Origin: Candidatus Poribacteria bacterium
Lineage (GTDB): Bacteria > Poribacteria > WGA-4E > WGA-3G
Reading direction: 5' to 3'
Length of the DNA stretch: 64,000 nt
Assembly (NCBI GenBank): GCA_965215265.1
Contig: OZ244048.1
Location: 320,001 to 384,000, forward strand
Within the stretch, counting starts at the first letter, position 1. Every line of letters starts with the position of its first letter. Shown piece by piece: positions 1 through 9,714 of the stretch. The notes beneath the pieces were generated by a model. That model saw nothing but the letters and a program-made list of their open reading frames with translations. It was not told the DNA's origin and ran no database searches. A program made the translations under genes and the position numbers.

Positions 1-509
1 AGAACATTATAGTCGACCTTGTGCTCTTGCAAAATGCGTAACCCGCGAATTACCTGTTCCGACGATGAGCGGCCGCGCTTGTCATACCTATATTTATCGT
101 GGGTTTCTGGCGGGCCGTCGATGCTGACACCGATTAAAAAGTTATTTTGCTTGAAGAATTGGCCCCATTCATCGTTCAGGAGTGTGGCGTTCGTCTGAAA
201 TGTATTCTGGATCTGCATGCCGGTGCGTCGATACTTTTGCTGATATCTGACTGCGCTGCGGAAAAAGTCCACGCCCATCAATGTCGGTTCTCCGCCTTGC
301 CATGCGAACGTGACCTCGTTGACTTGCTGGGCCTCAATGTACTGCTTGACATAGTTCTCTAGAATCTCGTCTTTCATCCGGAAGGAGCCTGTTTCCGGAT
401 AGAGTTTCTCTTTATCGAGATAAAAGCAGTATTCGCAATCTAAGTTGCATATCGGCCCAATGGGTTTTGTCATCACATGAAATGCGCGCGGTGTTTTGTA
501 TTGAACCAT
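1..509 (-). CDS. Anaerobic sulfatase maturase (radical SAM, AslB/anSME family), 3' end runs off the window
   Basis: Not in the ORF track. Manual translation from ATG 509 gives MVQYKTPRAFHVMTKPIGPICNLDCEYCFY...FAWQGGEPTLMG...QTNATLLNDEW...GVSIDGP, with the CxxxCxxC and GGEPTL motifs. Confidence 0.93.
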   Translation of the reverse strand, partial: MVQYKTPRAFHVMTKPIGPICNLDCEYCFYLDKEKLYPETGSFRMKDEILENYVKQYIEAQQVNEVTFAWQGGEPTLMGVDFFRSAVRYQQKYRRTGMQIQNTFQTNATLLNDEWGQFFKQNNFLIGVSIDGPPETHDKYRYDKRGRSSSEQVIRGLRILQEHKVDYNV

Positions 510-691
510 CTCATTTTCCTTTCGGTTACGGGTTTGCGTTAAAGTTTAGCACAGTTTGCGTCTGTCTGCAAGAAAAAATCGTGAAGATTTTAGATTTTCA
601 TGCCAGAGATAGGATGCTACCGGGGACCTGGCGTTTGAAAGCAGATTCTTAACCGAGGGCGTAAGCAGACTAGAGGGCAGGAGTGTTTGAT

Positions 692-720
692 TTGCAAAAA
701 AGTTCAAAATCCGTTATACT
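692..720 (+). promoter_or_regulatory. sigma70-type promoter
   Basis: TTGCAA-17 nt-TATACT upstream of GGAGG SD and ATG 799. Confidence 0.55.
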
Positions 721-798
721 AAGTGTTTAAGGTGAACTAATGAACCACAACAGTCACAGGACTGTTCACTCTTACAAGACTTTAATGGAGGAATTGCG

Positions 799-1557
799 AT
801 GAAAGTATTGAGTATTAGTATGGCACTGCTCCTATTTCTGTGCTATAGTTAAATGGATGACCCGGCGATCGTTGGTGTTTGACTCTTTGAAGGGGATGCT
901 GACGATGCCACAAAAAACGGTAATGATGGCGATATTAACGGAAATTTTAAGTTTGAAGACGGTAAGTTTGGCAAGGCTGTCGTCGCTGCAGGCGGTGGTA
1001 GCATTGATGTCCAAGATTCCAAGAGTATACAGAGTGTTGTAGATGAGTTGACAGTCGCCGCATGGTTCCGTGTGGACGCGGATTCGGATACCGGTGTGAG
1101 GAAAAATGGCGCGTATCTGCTAGAAGATCAGTCTGGCGGTGAACCGGTACCGGACGGTTTTTCCTTCCGTGTCTGGACTGCGCAAGGCATCACACCCGGA
1201 TTCTACGGGAAAACGGAGCTGGAACAAGGGAAATGGTATCATATCGCCGGGACTTACGATGGCACAAATGTTGAAATGTACATTGATGGCGAACCGGAGA
1301 GTGTAAAAGGGGCACTATCAGCCGATAAAGCAGCGTGGAAGCCGGAATGGGGTGGAAAAGTCGCTGTCGGTCAGGTTTTGCAGCTCAAATACGGTCCGGA
1401 GGCGTTTACTGGTGGCATAGACGAGGTCGTGCTTCTCAGTCGGGCGCTTGCGCAGGAAGAGATCCGGCAGCTACTGAACGGCTGGGAGGATGCTTTCGCT
1501 GTCGAACCGCACGGAAAACTAGCCACAAGCTGGGGAAGAGTTAAGGCAAATCGTTAG
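799..1557 (+). pseudogene. LamG-like (ConA/jelly-roll) secreted protein with two in-frame stops
   Basis: One frame from ATG 799: signal peptide, TAA 850-852, TGA 880-882 at the conserved Trp (VGV*LFE), then GKFGKA...TVAAW...WYHIAGTYDG...GGIDEV and tail AVEPHGKLATSWGRVK; ORF 1048..1557 is its 3' part. Confidence 0.85.
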
Positions 1558-1698
1558 GTGTCAGGAATGAATTTCGCCCATAGTAGATACGCCCCCCTAG
1601 TGATACCCTAATGCAGGAAAAGTGTTAAGGTCAAACGCACAAGTATTGAGAAAAAAGTTTTTAGTCCAAAACCTTAACAATAATAGGAGGCAAAAACA

Positions 1699-2493
1699 GT
1701 GAAAAGGTTATTCTATTTCGCAGGATTTTTCGTACTAATTGCTATAGGTACTGCATTTGGACAAGATGTCGCTGTCTTTTATGACCAACAGGTTGAAAAT
1801 GGCGGTGGCTTGGCGGTGCCAAATCCGAACCAATTAGCAGAAATGATCGTAGAAGAACTTGAATCGAAAAAACTAACCGCAGAAATCGTCGATAGTGATG
1901 GTTTAGCGGAATATATGAAGGCAAACCCACAAGGTATCTATATCATCACGCAAGGGAATACGCCGGGGACAATCTTTAAGAATGAAGGTAAGAAAGACCT
2001 GGTCTATTCTTGGTTAAGAGAAGGGGGTATCGGCGGTTTCATTGGCGATTATGCTTTCTACTACTATTGGGATAAAGGCGCACGGGTTACAGCTGCCGGG
2101 GCAGGTCAGCAAAGTGTTTTTGGCGCGACTGTCACTAACGGTACCGTCACAGCCGTTACGCCGACAGACCTAGGAAAGAAATACATCCCTTCACTCAAAA
2201 AATGGTCTTCAAATCGTCCAACAGGACTCGGCGTTTTGAAGCAAAACGATTTTGAATATGAGAGCTACGCAGACGACGGGGTCAACGCAGATCCCATTGC
2301 TTATCGCACTAAGGATATGGAGGGTTGGTTCATCAATTTCCATACATCATGCTGCGGGACTGCCATCCCCCCTAATGCCCAAATTGCTAAGGAGTACGCC
2401 GAACTGATTTCCAATCGATTTGCAACGGCGAAAACTGTAGATGCAGCTGGGAAGATTAGCATGGTGTGCGGACAACTCAAATCAGGTTGGTAG
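1699..2493 (+). CDS. Secreted hypothetical protein with degenerate GKLxxxWG-type C-terminal tail
   Basis: AGGAGG SD, GTG start, signal peptide, 264 aa, ends TVDAAGKISMVCGQLK. Confidence 0.8.
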   Translation: MKRLFYFAGFFVLIAIGTAFGQDVAVFYDQQVENGGGLAVPNPNQLAEMIVEELESKKLTAEIVDSDGLAEYMKANPQGIYIITQGNTPGTIFKNEGKKDLVYSWLREGGIGGFIGDYAFYYYWDKGARVTAAGAGQQSVFGATVTNGTVTAVTPTDLGKKYIPSLKKWSSNRPTGLGVLKQNDFEYESYADDGVNADPIAYRTKDMEGWFINFHTSCCGTAIPPNAQIAKEYAELISNRFATAKTVDAAGKISMVCGQLKSGW

Positions 2494-2531
2494 GATATTT
2501 TTGTAAGGTAGGTAAATAAAAAATAGGACCG

Positions 2532-3473
2532 ATGCCACAAAAAACGGCGTTCATTCATCATCCAGATTACCTGAACCACGACACGGGCCCAGGTCATCCT
2601 GAGCGTCCTGACCGGATAAGAGCTAGCCTCGCTGCGCTTCAAAAGAGCACCATTTGGGAATACCTCTACCCAATAGATGCAACGCCGGCAAGCGTTACGC
2701 AGCTCGTCTATGTGCATGAATCTCCGTATATTGAACGCGTCCGGCAGGCATGCACGCAGGAAATGGCGCTGAGTTACGATACGCCTGTGGTGAATGCATC
2801 CTTTGACATTGCTCGGCTCTCAACAGGTGGTGTATTACGCGCAGCAGATGCAGTCGTCACAGAAGAGTACGACAATGCGTTCGCGTTGGTGCGTCCGCCA
2901 GGGCATCACGCTACGCAGAATCGGAGTATGGGGTTCTGTCTGTTTAATAACATCGCAATTACGGCGCGCTACCTCCAACGCGAACACAGGTTCGGGAAAG
3001 TCGCGATAGTGGATTGGGATGTGCATCACGGCAATGGTACGCAGGACATCTTCTATGCAGACGCGTCTGTTTTCTTCTTTTCTATTCATCAATCGCCTCT
3101 CTATCCGGGGACAGGCTCTCGGTACGAACGCGGTACCGATGATGCTCGTGGCACAACGTTGAACGTGCCGATGCCATCGGGCAGCGGTGACAGAGATTAC
3201 ATTACGGTTTTTGAGGATGTCCTGATGCCAGCGCTACAGGATTTCTCACCGGAGTTTATCCTAATTTCGGCGGGTTTTGACGCGCACTACCGGGATCCAC
3301 TTGCTACGATTGCACTCACCGCTGAGGGGTTCGCGACTTTAACTGACCTGATGCTTGAATTTGCCATGGAAACAGCATCCGGACGCGTTGTTTCCGTGTT
3401 AGAGGGCGGTTATGACTTGCAAGGGTTATCGGAATCTGTTGTGGCGCATGTAGAACGGTTGGTTAATCGTTGA
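2532..3473 (+). CDS. Histone deacetylase family protein (Zn-dependent deacetylase)
   Basis: [44 protein letters not shown] motifs. Confidence 0.96.
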   Translation: MPQKTAFIHHPDYLNHDTGPGHPERPDRIRASLAALQKSTIWEYLYPIDATPASVTQLVYVHESPYIERVRQACTQEMALSYDTPVVNASFDIARLSTGGVLRAADAVVTEEYDNAFALVRPPGHHATQNRSMGFCLFNNIAITARYLQREHRFGKVAIVDWDVHHGNGTQDIFYADASVFFFSIHQSPLYPGTGSRYERGTDDARGTTLNVPMPSGSGDRDYITVFEDVLMPALQDFSPEFILISAGFDAHYRDPLATIALTAEGFATLTDLMLEFAMETASGRVVSVLEGGYDLQGLSESVVAHVERLVNR

Positions 3474-3610
3474 CACACTCACCGTACTAAAGCATCGATG
3501 ACTCTTTTCTCTTCAGAGATAGCCTGCTATTGCAGGTGTCATGTCTGCTCCTGAAAAGGCGGATGCCCCACCTTTACGATGTTAATAGCAGCATGAACAT
3601 CACGTTCATG
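3470..3610 (-). mobile_element. IS200/IS605-family tnpB 3' remnant with omegaRNA-like scaffold and right end
   Basis: Minus strand encodes HERDVHAAINI (degenerate RuvC-III DRDxNAAxNI), then GGTGGGGCATC, a CCTGC-AATA-GCAGG hairpin, a subterminal hairpin with CTTTAG loop and terminal GAGTGTGTCAA. Confidence 0.8.
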
Positions 3611-3616
3611 AAAAGG

Positions 3617-4345
3617 CTACGACCCTCTAGTACTCATTTTTTTCCCAACGTGAATTGCGACGATGCCGAACGTTTTCCGATAAAATCGGACATCCGTGAG
3701 TCCACACTGTTCCATAACTCCTTTTAAGGTATCACAATCCGGAAACTGCATGACAGAACGCGGCAGATACCCGTAAGCGTCGTCTCTATTTCGGGAGATG
3801 AGGTTCCCGATAAAGGGTAAAATCTTGGTGAAATAGAAATAGTAGAGTCGCCGAAACACAGGATTTACGGGTTGCGTAAACTCTAATATGGAAATCCGGC
3901 CTCCGGGAACAGCGACGCGTGCCATCTCACGGATGCCTTTTTCCAGATCTGCAACGTTCCGGATGCCGAATCCAACAGAGACAATGTCGAACGTATTGTC
4001 GAGAAAGGGGAGGGTGAGGGTGTCTGCAGCAATAAACCTTGTCGGCGGCACTGCCGAACCCAACACTGCAGGCGGTGCCACTTTTTGCTTCCCGATAACC
4101 AACATTTCGAAGCAGAAATCGGAACCGATGACGAAGCCGTTCTCGCGGATTTTGTCTGCATAAGCGAGCGCGAGCTCGCCAGTGCCGGTGCAGACATCCA
4201 AAACTTGACTACCCGGTGTAACGTGACTGACTTTAACGGTTTCTTGTCGCCACGTCCTGTCAAGCCGTAGGCTTAAAAGTGAGTTGAGGAAGTCATAGTG
4301 GCGCGCAATGAGCGCGAACATGTTTTTGATTCGGTTCTCGTGCAT
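3617..4345 (-). CDS. ubiE: Demethylmenaquinone/ubiquinone C-methyltransferase UbiE/MenG
   Basis: MFxxIAxxYDxLNxxLS, VLDVCTGTG, FGIRNV, ILEF motifs. Confidence 0.93.
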   Translation of the reverse strand: MHENRIKNMFALIARHYDFLNSLLSLRLDRTWRQETVKVSHVTPGSQVLDVCTGTGELALAYADKIRENGFVIGSDFCFEMLVIGKQKVAPPAVLGSAVPPTRFIAADTLTLPFLDNTFDIVSVGFGIRNVADLEKGIREMARVAVPGGRISILEFTQPVNPVFRRLYYFYFTKILPFIGNLISRNRDDAYGYLPRSVMQFPDCDTLKGVMEQCGLTDVRFYRKTFGIVAIHVGKKMSTRGS

Positions 4346-4411
4346 AGTTTTGCTATCGCGCCCGGCAGCTCGCTCCGTACTCTAAACGGAATCGCTTCTA
4401 CATCTTCTACT

Positions 4412-6802
4412 CTACATTCGGAGCTCTGCACCCAGTTCTCTATTGAGTCGTTCAATAACGTTAGCGTGAACGCTATTGACAGCTTTGTCGGTCAAAGTCC
4501 CGGTGGCAGAGTGATAAGCGATTGTATAAGCGAGGCTCCGCTTACCGTCTGGGACCTGTTCACCCTCATAGACATCAAAGAGGTGTACCGATTCAACTAA
4601 TTCCCCGCCTGCTGCTCGGATGAATTCTATCGGGCGATTTGAGGGTATGTTGGCATCTAGGACAATAGCAAGATCGCGTTGGACCTTTGGATAGATAGAC
4701 ATCGGCTCAAAACGTTTGTTGAATTCAGCGTACTTAGTGAGTGCCTCCAGGTCAAATTCAAAGAGATATGCCTTGTAGGGCAGGTCGTAATTGTCAAGCA
4801 CTTCTGGATGCACCTCACCGAAGATACCGATGCGTTGTGCTGCTAATAAGACTTCAGCATTTCGCCCTGGATGGAACGTAGGTTCTACAGTTTTTGCGAG
4901 CGTATAATCGTTAATGCCGCAGACTTCAAGCATCCCTTCGACAATGCCCTTGATGTCAAGGAAATCGGGATGTCTGTATGGATCTTCATAAACGCCGTTT
5001 CCGATTTGACCGGCGAGGATACCTGCAACACGACTCGGCTCTTTTCCTTGTATGAACACTGTGGAAATCTCGAAGAGCGCGATAGTGTCGACCTGGTGAT
5101 TGTGATTGTGTTGAGCGTTTGCTAGGAGGCTCAGTAGCAGGGTCGTCCGCAGGACTGACATCTCCGGGCTCAACGGATTTTGCAACTGCAGTGCTTCTCG
5201 CCTGGGGTCGTCGGCGTTCAGGCGCATCCTATTAAAACTGTCCGGATTACAGAAACTATAGTTTATCGCTTCCATCATCCCGGTACTGATGAGAAAGTGC
5301 TTAATCTGTCTGCGGACTTCCGTCTGAGTGTCCGAGGTGGGAATCGGAATATCCCCCTTTGGTAGTGCTGTCGGGATGTTATCGTAACCGTAGACGCGCG
5401 CGATCTCTTCAATCAGATCTATTTCGCGAGTCACGTCAGGACGGAACGTGGGTACGGTGACACGGTATTCAGCTGGGCGGGTATCGTTTACATCGAAACC
5501 GAGTCTGGTTAGAATGTCGTGCATCTGCGTTGCTGTCAGCTGAGTCCCCAACACGAAGTTGACCCGGTCTGGACGGAGCTCAACCTGAACCGGTTGACGT
5601 TTCCCTGGATAGACATCAACGATACCGTTACAGATAGTCCCGCCTGCTAATTCAACCATGAGTTGTGCGGCGCGGTTAAGTGCAGGGATGACGGCTTCCG
5701 GATCTGTGCCACGCTCAAACCGGTAGGAGGCTTCTGTCTGTATGCCTAATGCCTTTCCTGTTGCACGTATGCTAGTGGGTTGAAAATAGGCGCTCTCCAG
5801 CAGGATGTCGCAGGTTTCAGCTCTAATTTCAGAATTGTAGCCGCCCATCACGCCGGCAAGAGCGACCGGCTTTTGTGCATCGGCAATGACTAACATAGTG
5901 GAATCTAGTTCGTGTTCGGTTTCGTCTAGTGTGGTCAGCGATTCGCCTTGGATTGCACGCCGCACCACGATGCGGTTTTCATAGAGTTTGTGATAATCAA
6001 AGGCGTGGAGGGGTTGTCCATACTCCATCAACACAAAGTTGGTAATATCAACAATGTTGTTAATAACACCGATGCCGACAGTTTCAAGTCGTCGCTGTAA
6101 CCACGCTGGAGATTGTCCGACTTTCACCCCCTGAATGACACGTGCTGCGTAACGAGGGCACAGGTCTGGGGCTTCAATAGTTACAGACGTAGTCCGTTGA
6201 ATATCCACGTCGCCTTGTCCGAGTTTAACCTCTGGCAATTTTAACGGGTTGCCGGTATCTGCCCGGATTTCGCGCGCCACACCGATAAGGCTGAGGCAAT
6301 CCGGACGGTTAGGGGTAACCTCGAGTTCTAGGACAACATCGTCTAAGCCTAATGCTTTGGCGAGTGGGGTACCGATGGGCATTTCTGTGGGCAATTCCAT
6401 CAAGCCCGCAGCATCGTCCGATAAGCCGAGCTCCTTTTCGGAACAGAGCATTCCGTTTGATTCTGCTCCCCGGAGTTTTGCACGCTTGATTTTCAAGCCG
6501 TTAGGTAGTTCGGTACCGACTGTAGCGACAGGCGCGAGCATGCCTTCCCGCACATTCGGGGCACCGCAGACAATTTGTAATTCACTTTCATCGTCTACAT
6601 CAACCTGACATAGCACAAGTTTATCTGCATCCGGATGTGGGCGAATAGTTGTCACTTTGCCGACAACGACCCCCATTAGTTCAGCACCGAGTTGCTTGAT
6701 GGATTCAACTTCAATGCCCAACATGGCGAGCCGGTCGGCGAGTTCGCTTAGAGAATAGGCAAAATCAGTATAGGTTTTTAGCCAATTTACGGTTACTTTC
6801 AT
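4412..6802 (-). CDS. pheT: Phenylalanine--tRNA ligase beta subunit
   Basis: 796 aa; HPDADKL, IVCGAPNV, TPNRPDCLS, FERG, DLIEEIARVYGY motifs; follows pheS. Confidence 0.99.
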   Translation of the reverse strand: MKVTVNWLKTYTDFAYSLSELADRLAMLGIEVESIKQLGAELMGVVVGKVTTIRPHPDADKLVLCQVDVDDESELQIVCGAPNVREGMLAPVATVGTELPNGLKIKRAKLRGAESNGMLCSEKELGLSDDAAGLMELPTEMPIGTPLAKALGLDDVVLELEVTPNRPDCLSLIGVAREIRADTGNPLKLPEVKLGQGDVDIQRTTSVTIEAPDLCPRYAARVIQGVKVGQSPAWLQRRLETVGIGVINNIVDITNFVLMEYGQPLHAFDYHKLYENRIVVRRAIQGESLTTLDETEHELDSTMLVIADAQKPVALAGVMGGYNSEIRAETCDILLESAYFQPTSIRATGKALGIQTEASYRFERGTDPEAVIPALNRAAQLMVELAGGTICNGIVDVYPGKRQPVQVELRPDRVNFVLGTQLTATQMHDILTRLGFDVNDTRPAEYRVTVPTFRPDVTREIDLIEEIARVYGYDNIPTALPKGDIPIPTSDTQTEVRRQIKHFLISTGMMEAINYSFCNPDSFNRMRLNADDPRREALQLQNPLSPEMSVLRTTLLLSLLANAQHNHNHQVDTIALFEISTVFIQGKEPSRVAGILAGQIGNGVYEDPYRHPDFLDIKGIVEGMLEVCGINDYTLAKTVEPTFHPGRNAEVLLAAQRIGIFGEVHPEVLDNYDLPYKAYLFEFDLEALTKYAEFNKRFEPMSIYPKVQRDLAIVLDANIPSNRPIEFIRAAGGELVESVHLFDVYEGEQVPDGKRSLAYTIAYHSATGTLTDKAVNSVHANVIERLNRELGAELRM

Positions 6803-6964
6803 AAATCAGAACCTTTTTTCTTCGTCACAATAAGCTAGCATCCATTTTTATAGTGAATTAGAAAAATACAGAGATATTTATCTTGAAAGGTATGTCAAAG
6901 AGCGTGGACAAGATTATCAGGGGCTACAGTATCAATCATTCTAAAATCTACTATAAAAGAGGAT

Positions 6965-7987
6965 TCAGAACTGTCGCAAAAAACGGAGGTCGTTTTCATA
7001 GAAAGTACGGATATCCGGTACGCGGAATTGGAGATTCGCGATGCGCTCTACGCCCATGCCGAAGGCAAAGCCGGTCACTTCTTCCGGGTCGTAGTTGACA
7101 GCTTTGAATACCTCCGGATCGACTGCGCCCGCACCCAGGATTTCGAGCCACCCCGTGCCGCCACAAGTGCGACATCCGTTTTCACTACAGACGGTGCAGG
7201 AGATATCCATCTCGGCGCTCGGTTCTGTGAAAGGAAAGAAGTGCGGACGGAACCGCATTCGTGTCTCAGCCCCGAACATCTGCAGGGCAAAGGATACCAG
7301 CACTCCCTTCAATTCGCTAAAGGTGACGTGCGTATCGACGAGTAAGCCTTCTACCTGATGGAACATCGGGGTGTGGGAAACGTCGTAATCGACGCGATAC
7401 GCTCTACCTGGGACAATAATACGCAGAGGTGGTTGTTGCTGCTCCATTGCACGAATCTGAACAGGTGAGGTATGTGTGCGCAGCAGATGTCCATCGTTTA
7501 GGTAGAAAGTATCGTGCAGATCTCGGGCCGGATGGTCAGCAGGCGTGTTGAGTGCGTCAAAGTTATAATACTTTGTCTCAATATCCGGTCCGGTAACCAC
7601 TTGGAATCCCATGTGCTTGAAAATCGTCTCTATCCGGTCCAAGGTTTGCATGACCGGGTGTGCCTTCCCATATTGGGGTTTTCGCCCGGGGAGGGTGATA
7701 TCCACAGTCTCCTGTTCGAGCTGCTGTTGTTGTTGCAGGGCTGCGAGTCGGTTCACCTTGTCCTCAAAAGCTTTTGTTAGGGTGGCGCGTACCTCATTGG
7801 CAAGTTTCCCAGCAGCGGGTCGCTCTTCCTTGGAGAGTTTCCCCATCCGTTTCATCACAGTTGTTAGCTGCCCGTTTCGTCCAAAGTACGCAATGCGTAG
7901 GGATTCCAGTGCATCCTGCGTTTTGATATCTCCTAAAGCGTTAAGTGCGTCAGCTTGAATCTGTTTTAATTCGTCTTGCATAATCAT
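6965..7987 (-). CDS. pheS: Phenylalanine--tRNA ligase alpha subunit
   Basis: NFDALN, HPARD, LRTHTSPVQ, FHQVEG, FPFTEPS, GFAFGMGVER motifs. Confidence 0.99.
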   Translation of the reverse strand: MIMQDELKQIQADALNALGDIKTQDALESLRIAYFGRNGQLTTVMKRMGKLSKEERPAAGKLANEVRATLTKAFEDKVNRLAALQQQQQLEQETVDITLPGRKPQYGKAHPVMQTLDRIETIFKHMGFQVVTGPDIETKYYNFDALNTPADHPARDLHDTFYLNDGHLLRTHTSPVQIRAMEQQQPPLRIIVPGRAYRVDYDVSHTPMFHQVEGLLVDTHVTFSELKGVLVSFALQMFGAETRMRFRPHFFPFTEPSAEMDISCTVCSENGCRTCGGTGWLEILGAGAVDPEVFKAVNYDPEEVTGFAFGMGVERIANLQFRVPDIRTFYENDLRFLRQF

Positions 7988-7994
7988 TTTTTCT

Positions 7995-8297
7995 AAAAAG
8001 AGAAATGCCTGTCACTTGTCCTCTGAAGGTATTTTCCTTCATGGGGACGAAAGCAACAAGCATCTACTTCCGCGGTACCACCCCGCTTGACAAATTCCTA
8101 GCTAGAATGTGTCCACTTCATTTCTGGTTCAATAACGGCGAACGGCCCGGCGCGAACCTACTGACTGCAGTGGTGTTCAGTCCGGCGGCTCCAGGATGAA
8201 ATTCAGCGATTGTGCTCAAAGCCATGCTTCCAACCGGTGGCACAGCCTCTCTGGTTGAACAACCTCAATCGCTTACTCTGTCCCTTCATAGCCTTTA
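7995..8297 (-). promoter_or_regulatory. T-box riboswitch (Phe, UUC specifier) with intrinsic terminator
   Basis: Minus strand: stem I start AAGGCTATGAAGGGACAGAGTA, AG-box CAGAGAG, GGTTGGAAG, specifier loop GAATTTCA (TTC at 8200-8198), AGTAG and CCGTTA boxes, T-box AAGCGGGGTGGTACCGCG (8088-8071) pairing with TTCGTCCCC, then long terminator stem and T-run. Confidence 0.95.
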
Positions 8298-8382
8298 CTC
8301 GTCTCTACTCTAGAGTCGGCGAAAAACGACACGATAAGGCGTTCCTCATTTAACGAAAAACCCTCCAATTTTTTGGTGTGCG

Positions 8383-8730
8383 TTATCCCTTTGCGAGTGC
8401 AGCAAGCTGCTCAAATCCGGCTTCATCATGCACAGCAATATCAGCGAGGACTTTGCGGTCCAAGGCGATACCTGCGTTCTTGAGTCCGTGCATGAATCGG
8501 CTATAGGAGAGTCCGTGCAATCTTGCGGCGGCATTAATCCGTGCGATCCAGAGTCGTCTAAAATCGCGTTTTCGTGCACGTCGGTGTGCGTAGGCGTGAT
8601 TCCACCCCTTCTCGACAGCTTCCATTGCGGTACGTTTGAGGTTATTCCTGCCGCCTCGGTACCCTTTGGAGTGCTTTAGTATCCGTTTGCGCCGTTTGCG
8701 TCGCACACTTCCGGTTTTTACTCGTGCCAT
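8383..8730 (-). CDS. rplT: 50S ribosomal protein L20
   Basis: MARVK...[17 protein letters not shown]...YSRFMHGLK...[10 protein letters not shown]. Confidence 0.99.
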   Translation of the reverse strand: MARVKTGSVRRKRRKRILKHSKGYRGGRNNLKRTAMEAVEKGWNHAYAHRRARKRDFRRLWIARINAAARLHGLSYSRFMHGLKNAGIALDRKVLADIAVHDEAGFEQLAALAKG

Positions 8731-8749
8731 TCAAAACTCCTACTGCGTC

Positions 8750-8920
8750 CCGTCTCTCACAAACGGATTGTGAGAGACGGTGCATCAACTATTGCGCTAT
8801 ATCAAATGTATCTACTCCGGACTGCAGACAAAGCGTGCGTGTTTGTCTGTTTCACGGAGTGGCAGGATAGGTAATCAGGTCTCTCCTTTCAGGAGAGACC
8901 TGATTACCTTTTACCTGCCA
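8750..8920 (-). other. Structured rpmI-rplT intergenic element (three long hairpins)
   Basis: Perfect 13-bp stem 8750-8780, imperfect stem 8814-8860, perfect 19-bp stem 8869-8909 extendable to 8860-8920. Confidence 0.7.
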
Positions 8921-8957
8921 CCCATTGGGGTTGACGTTTGGTGCGATTCTAAAATTT

Positions 8958-9152
8958 TCACTGATGAATTAGGCGTTTCAAACGTTTCTCATTGCTCGGG
9001 TCAACAAGGGTTGATTGGCGCAATCTGCGCTTGCGTTGAGATGACTTTGTGAGAAACAGGTGTCCTGCATACGCGCGTTTGCGTCGTATTTTTCCTTTGG
9101 ACGTGAATTTGAAACGTTTGGCTGCGCCTTTATGCGTTTTGATTTTCGGCAT
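8958..9152 (-). CDS. rpmI: 50S ribosomal protein L35
   Basis: MPKIKTHKGAAKRFKFT...KRRLR; between infC and rplT. Confidence 0.99.
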   Translation of the reverse strand: MPKIKTHKGAAKRFKFTSKGKIRRKRAYAGHLFLTKSSQRKRRLRQSTLVDPSNEKRLKRLIHQ

Positions 9153-9714
9153 TAGAACGTCCTTCTTTAGACGAAGATTTTGGTGTGAGAATCATGGACA
9201 TCATCCGTGTTTCCATTTTCGGTGGCTGCTCGATCTCAGCGAGTCCACTAACATCTTCGCTGAGTCGGATAAGCATATTCTTGCCCAGGTTAGTGTGTAG
9301 CATTTCGCGTCCTTTAAACCTTACGGTTGCGCGTACCTTCCAACCATTCCCCAAGAAATCTTCGACGTGCCGTTTCTTGAATTGGTAGTCGTGTTCGGCA
9401 GTATCCGGTCTGAACTGCATCTCTTTCAAGACAATCTTAGTCTGCTTTTTCCGTGCTTCTCTCGCACGCTTGTTCTTTTCGTATTGATACTTGCCGTAGT
9501 CCATAATTTTACAAACAGGCGGATTTGCATTGGGCGAGACCTCTACTAAATCCAAGCCGGCTTCTTCAGCAAGTTTCATAGCGTCGCGCGTCGGTAGAAC
9601 CCCGACCTGCTTATTATTCTGGTCGATGACCAGCACCTCTCTTGCCCGAATCTGATAATTCGAGCGGCTCTGTCTCTGCTTCGTTCTCTGCGTACGTCTA
9701 CCTCTGTAGTGTAT
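9130..9714 (-). CDS. infC: Translation initiation factor IF-3, probable ATA start
   Basis: GLDLVEVSPNANPPVCKIMDYGKY, FKGREM motifs; SD GGGGGTG lies 6 nt before in-frame ATA at 9714 (ORF track uses TTG 9729). Confidence 0.97.
   Translation of the reverse strand: MHYRGRRTQRTKQRQSRSNYQIRAREVLVIDQNNKQVGVLPTRDAMKLAEEAGLDLVEVSPNANPPVCKIMDYGKYQYEKNKRAREARKKQTKIVLKEMQFRPDTAEHDYQFKKRHVEDFLGNGWKVRATVRFKGREMLHTNLGKNMLIRLSEDVSGLAEIEQPPKMETRMMSMILTPKSSSKEGRSNAENQNA

Noticed and set aside
880-882. In-frame TGA at a Trp position suggesting genetic code 4 or selenocysteine
   Set aside because: The same gene also has an in-frame TAA, many intact genes end in TGA (pheS, rpmI), and the other LamG relic has TAG at Trp; ordinary nonsense mutation fits better
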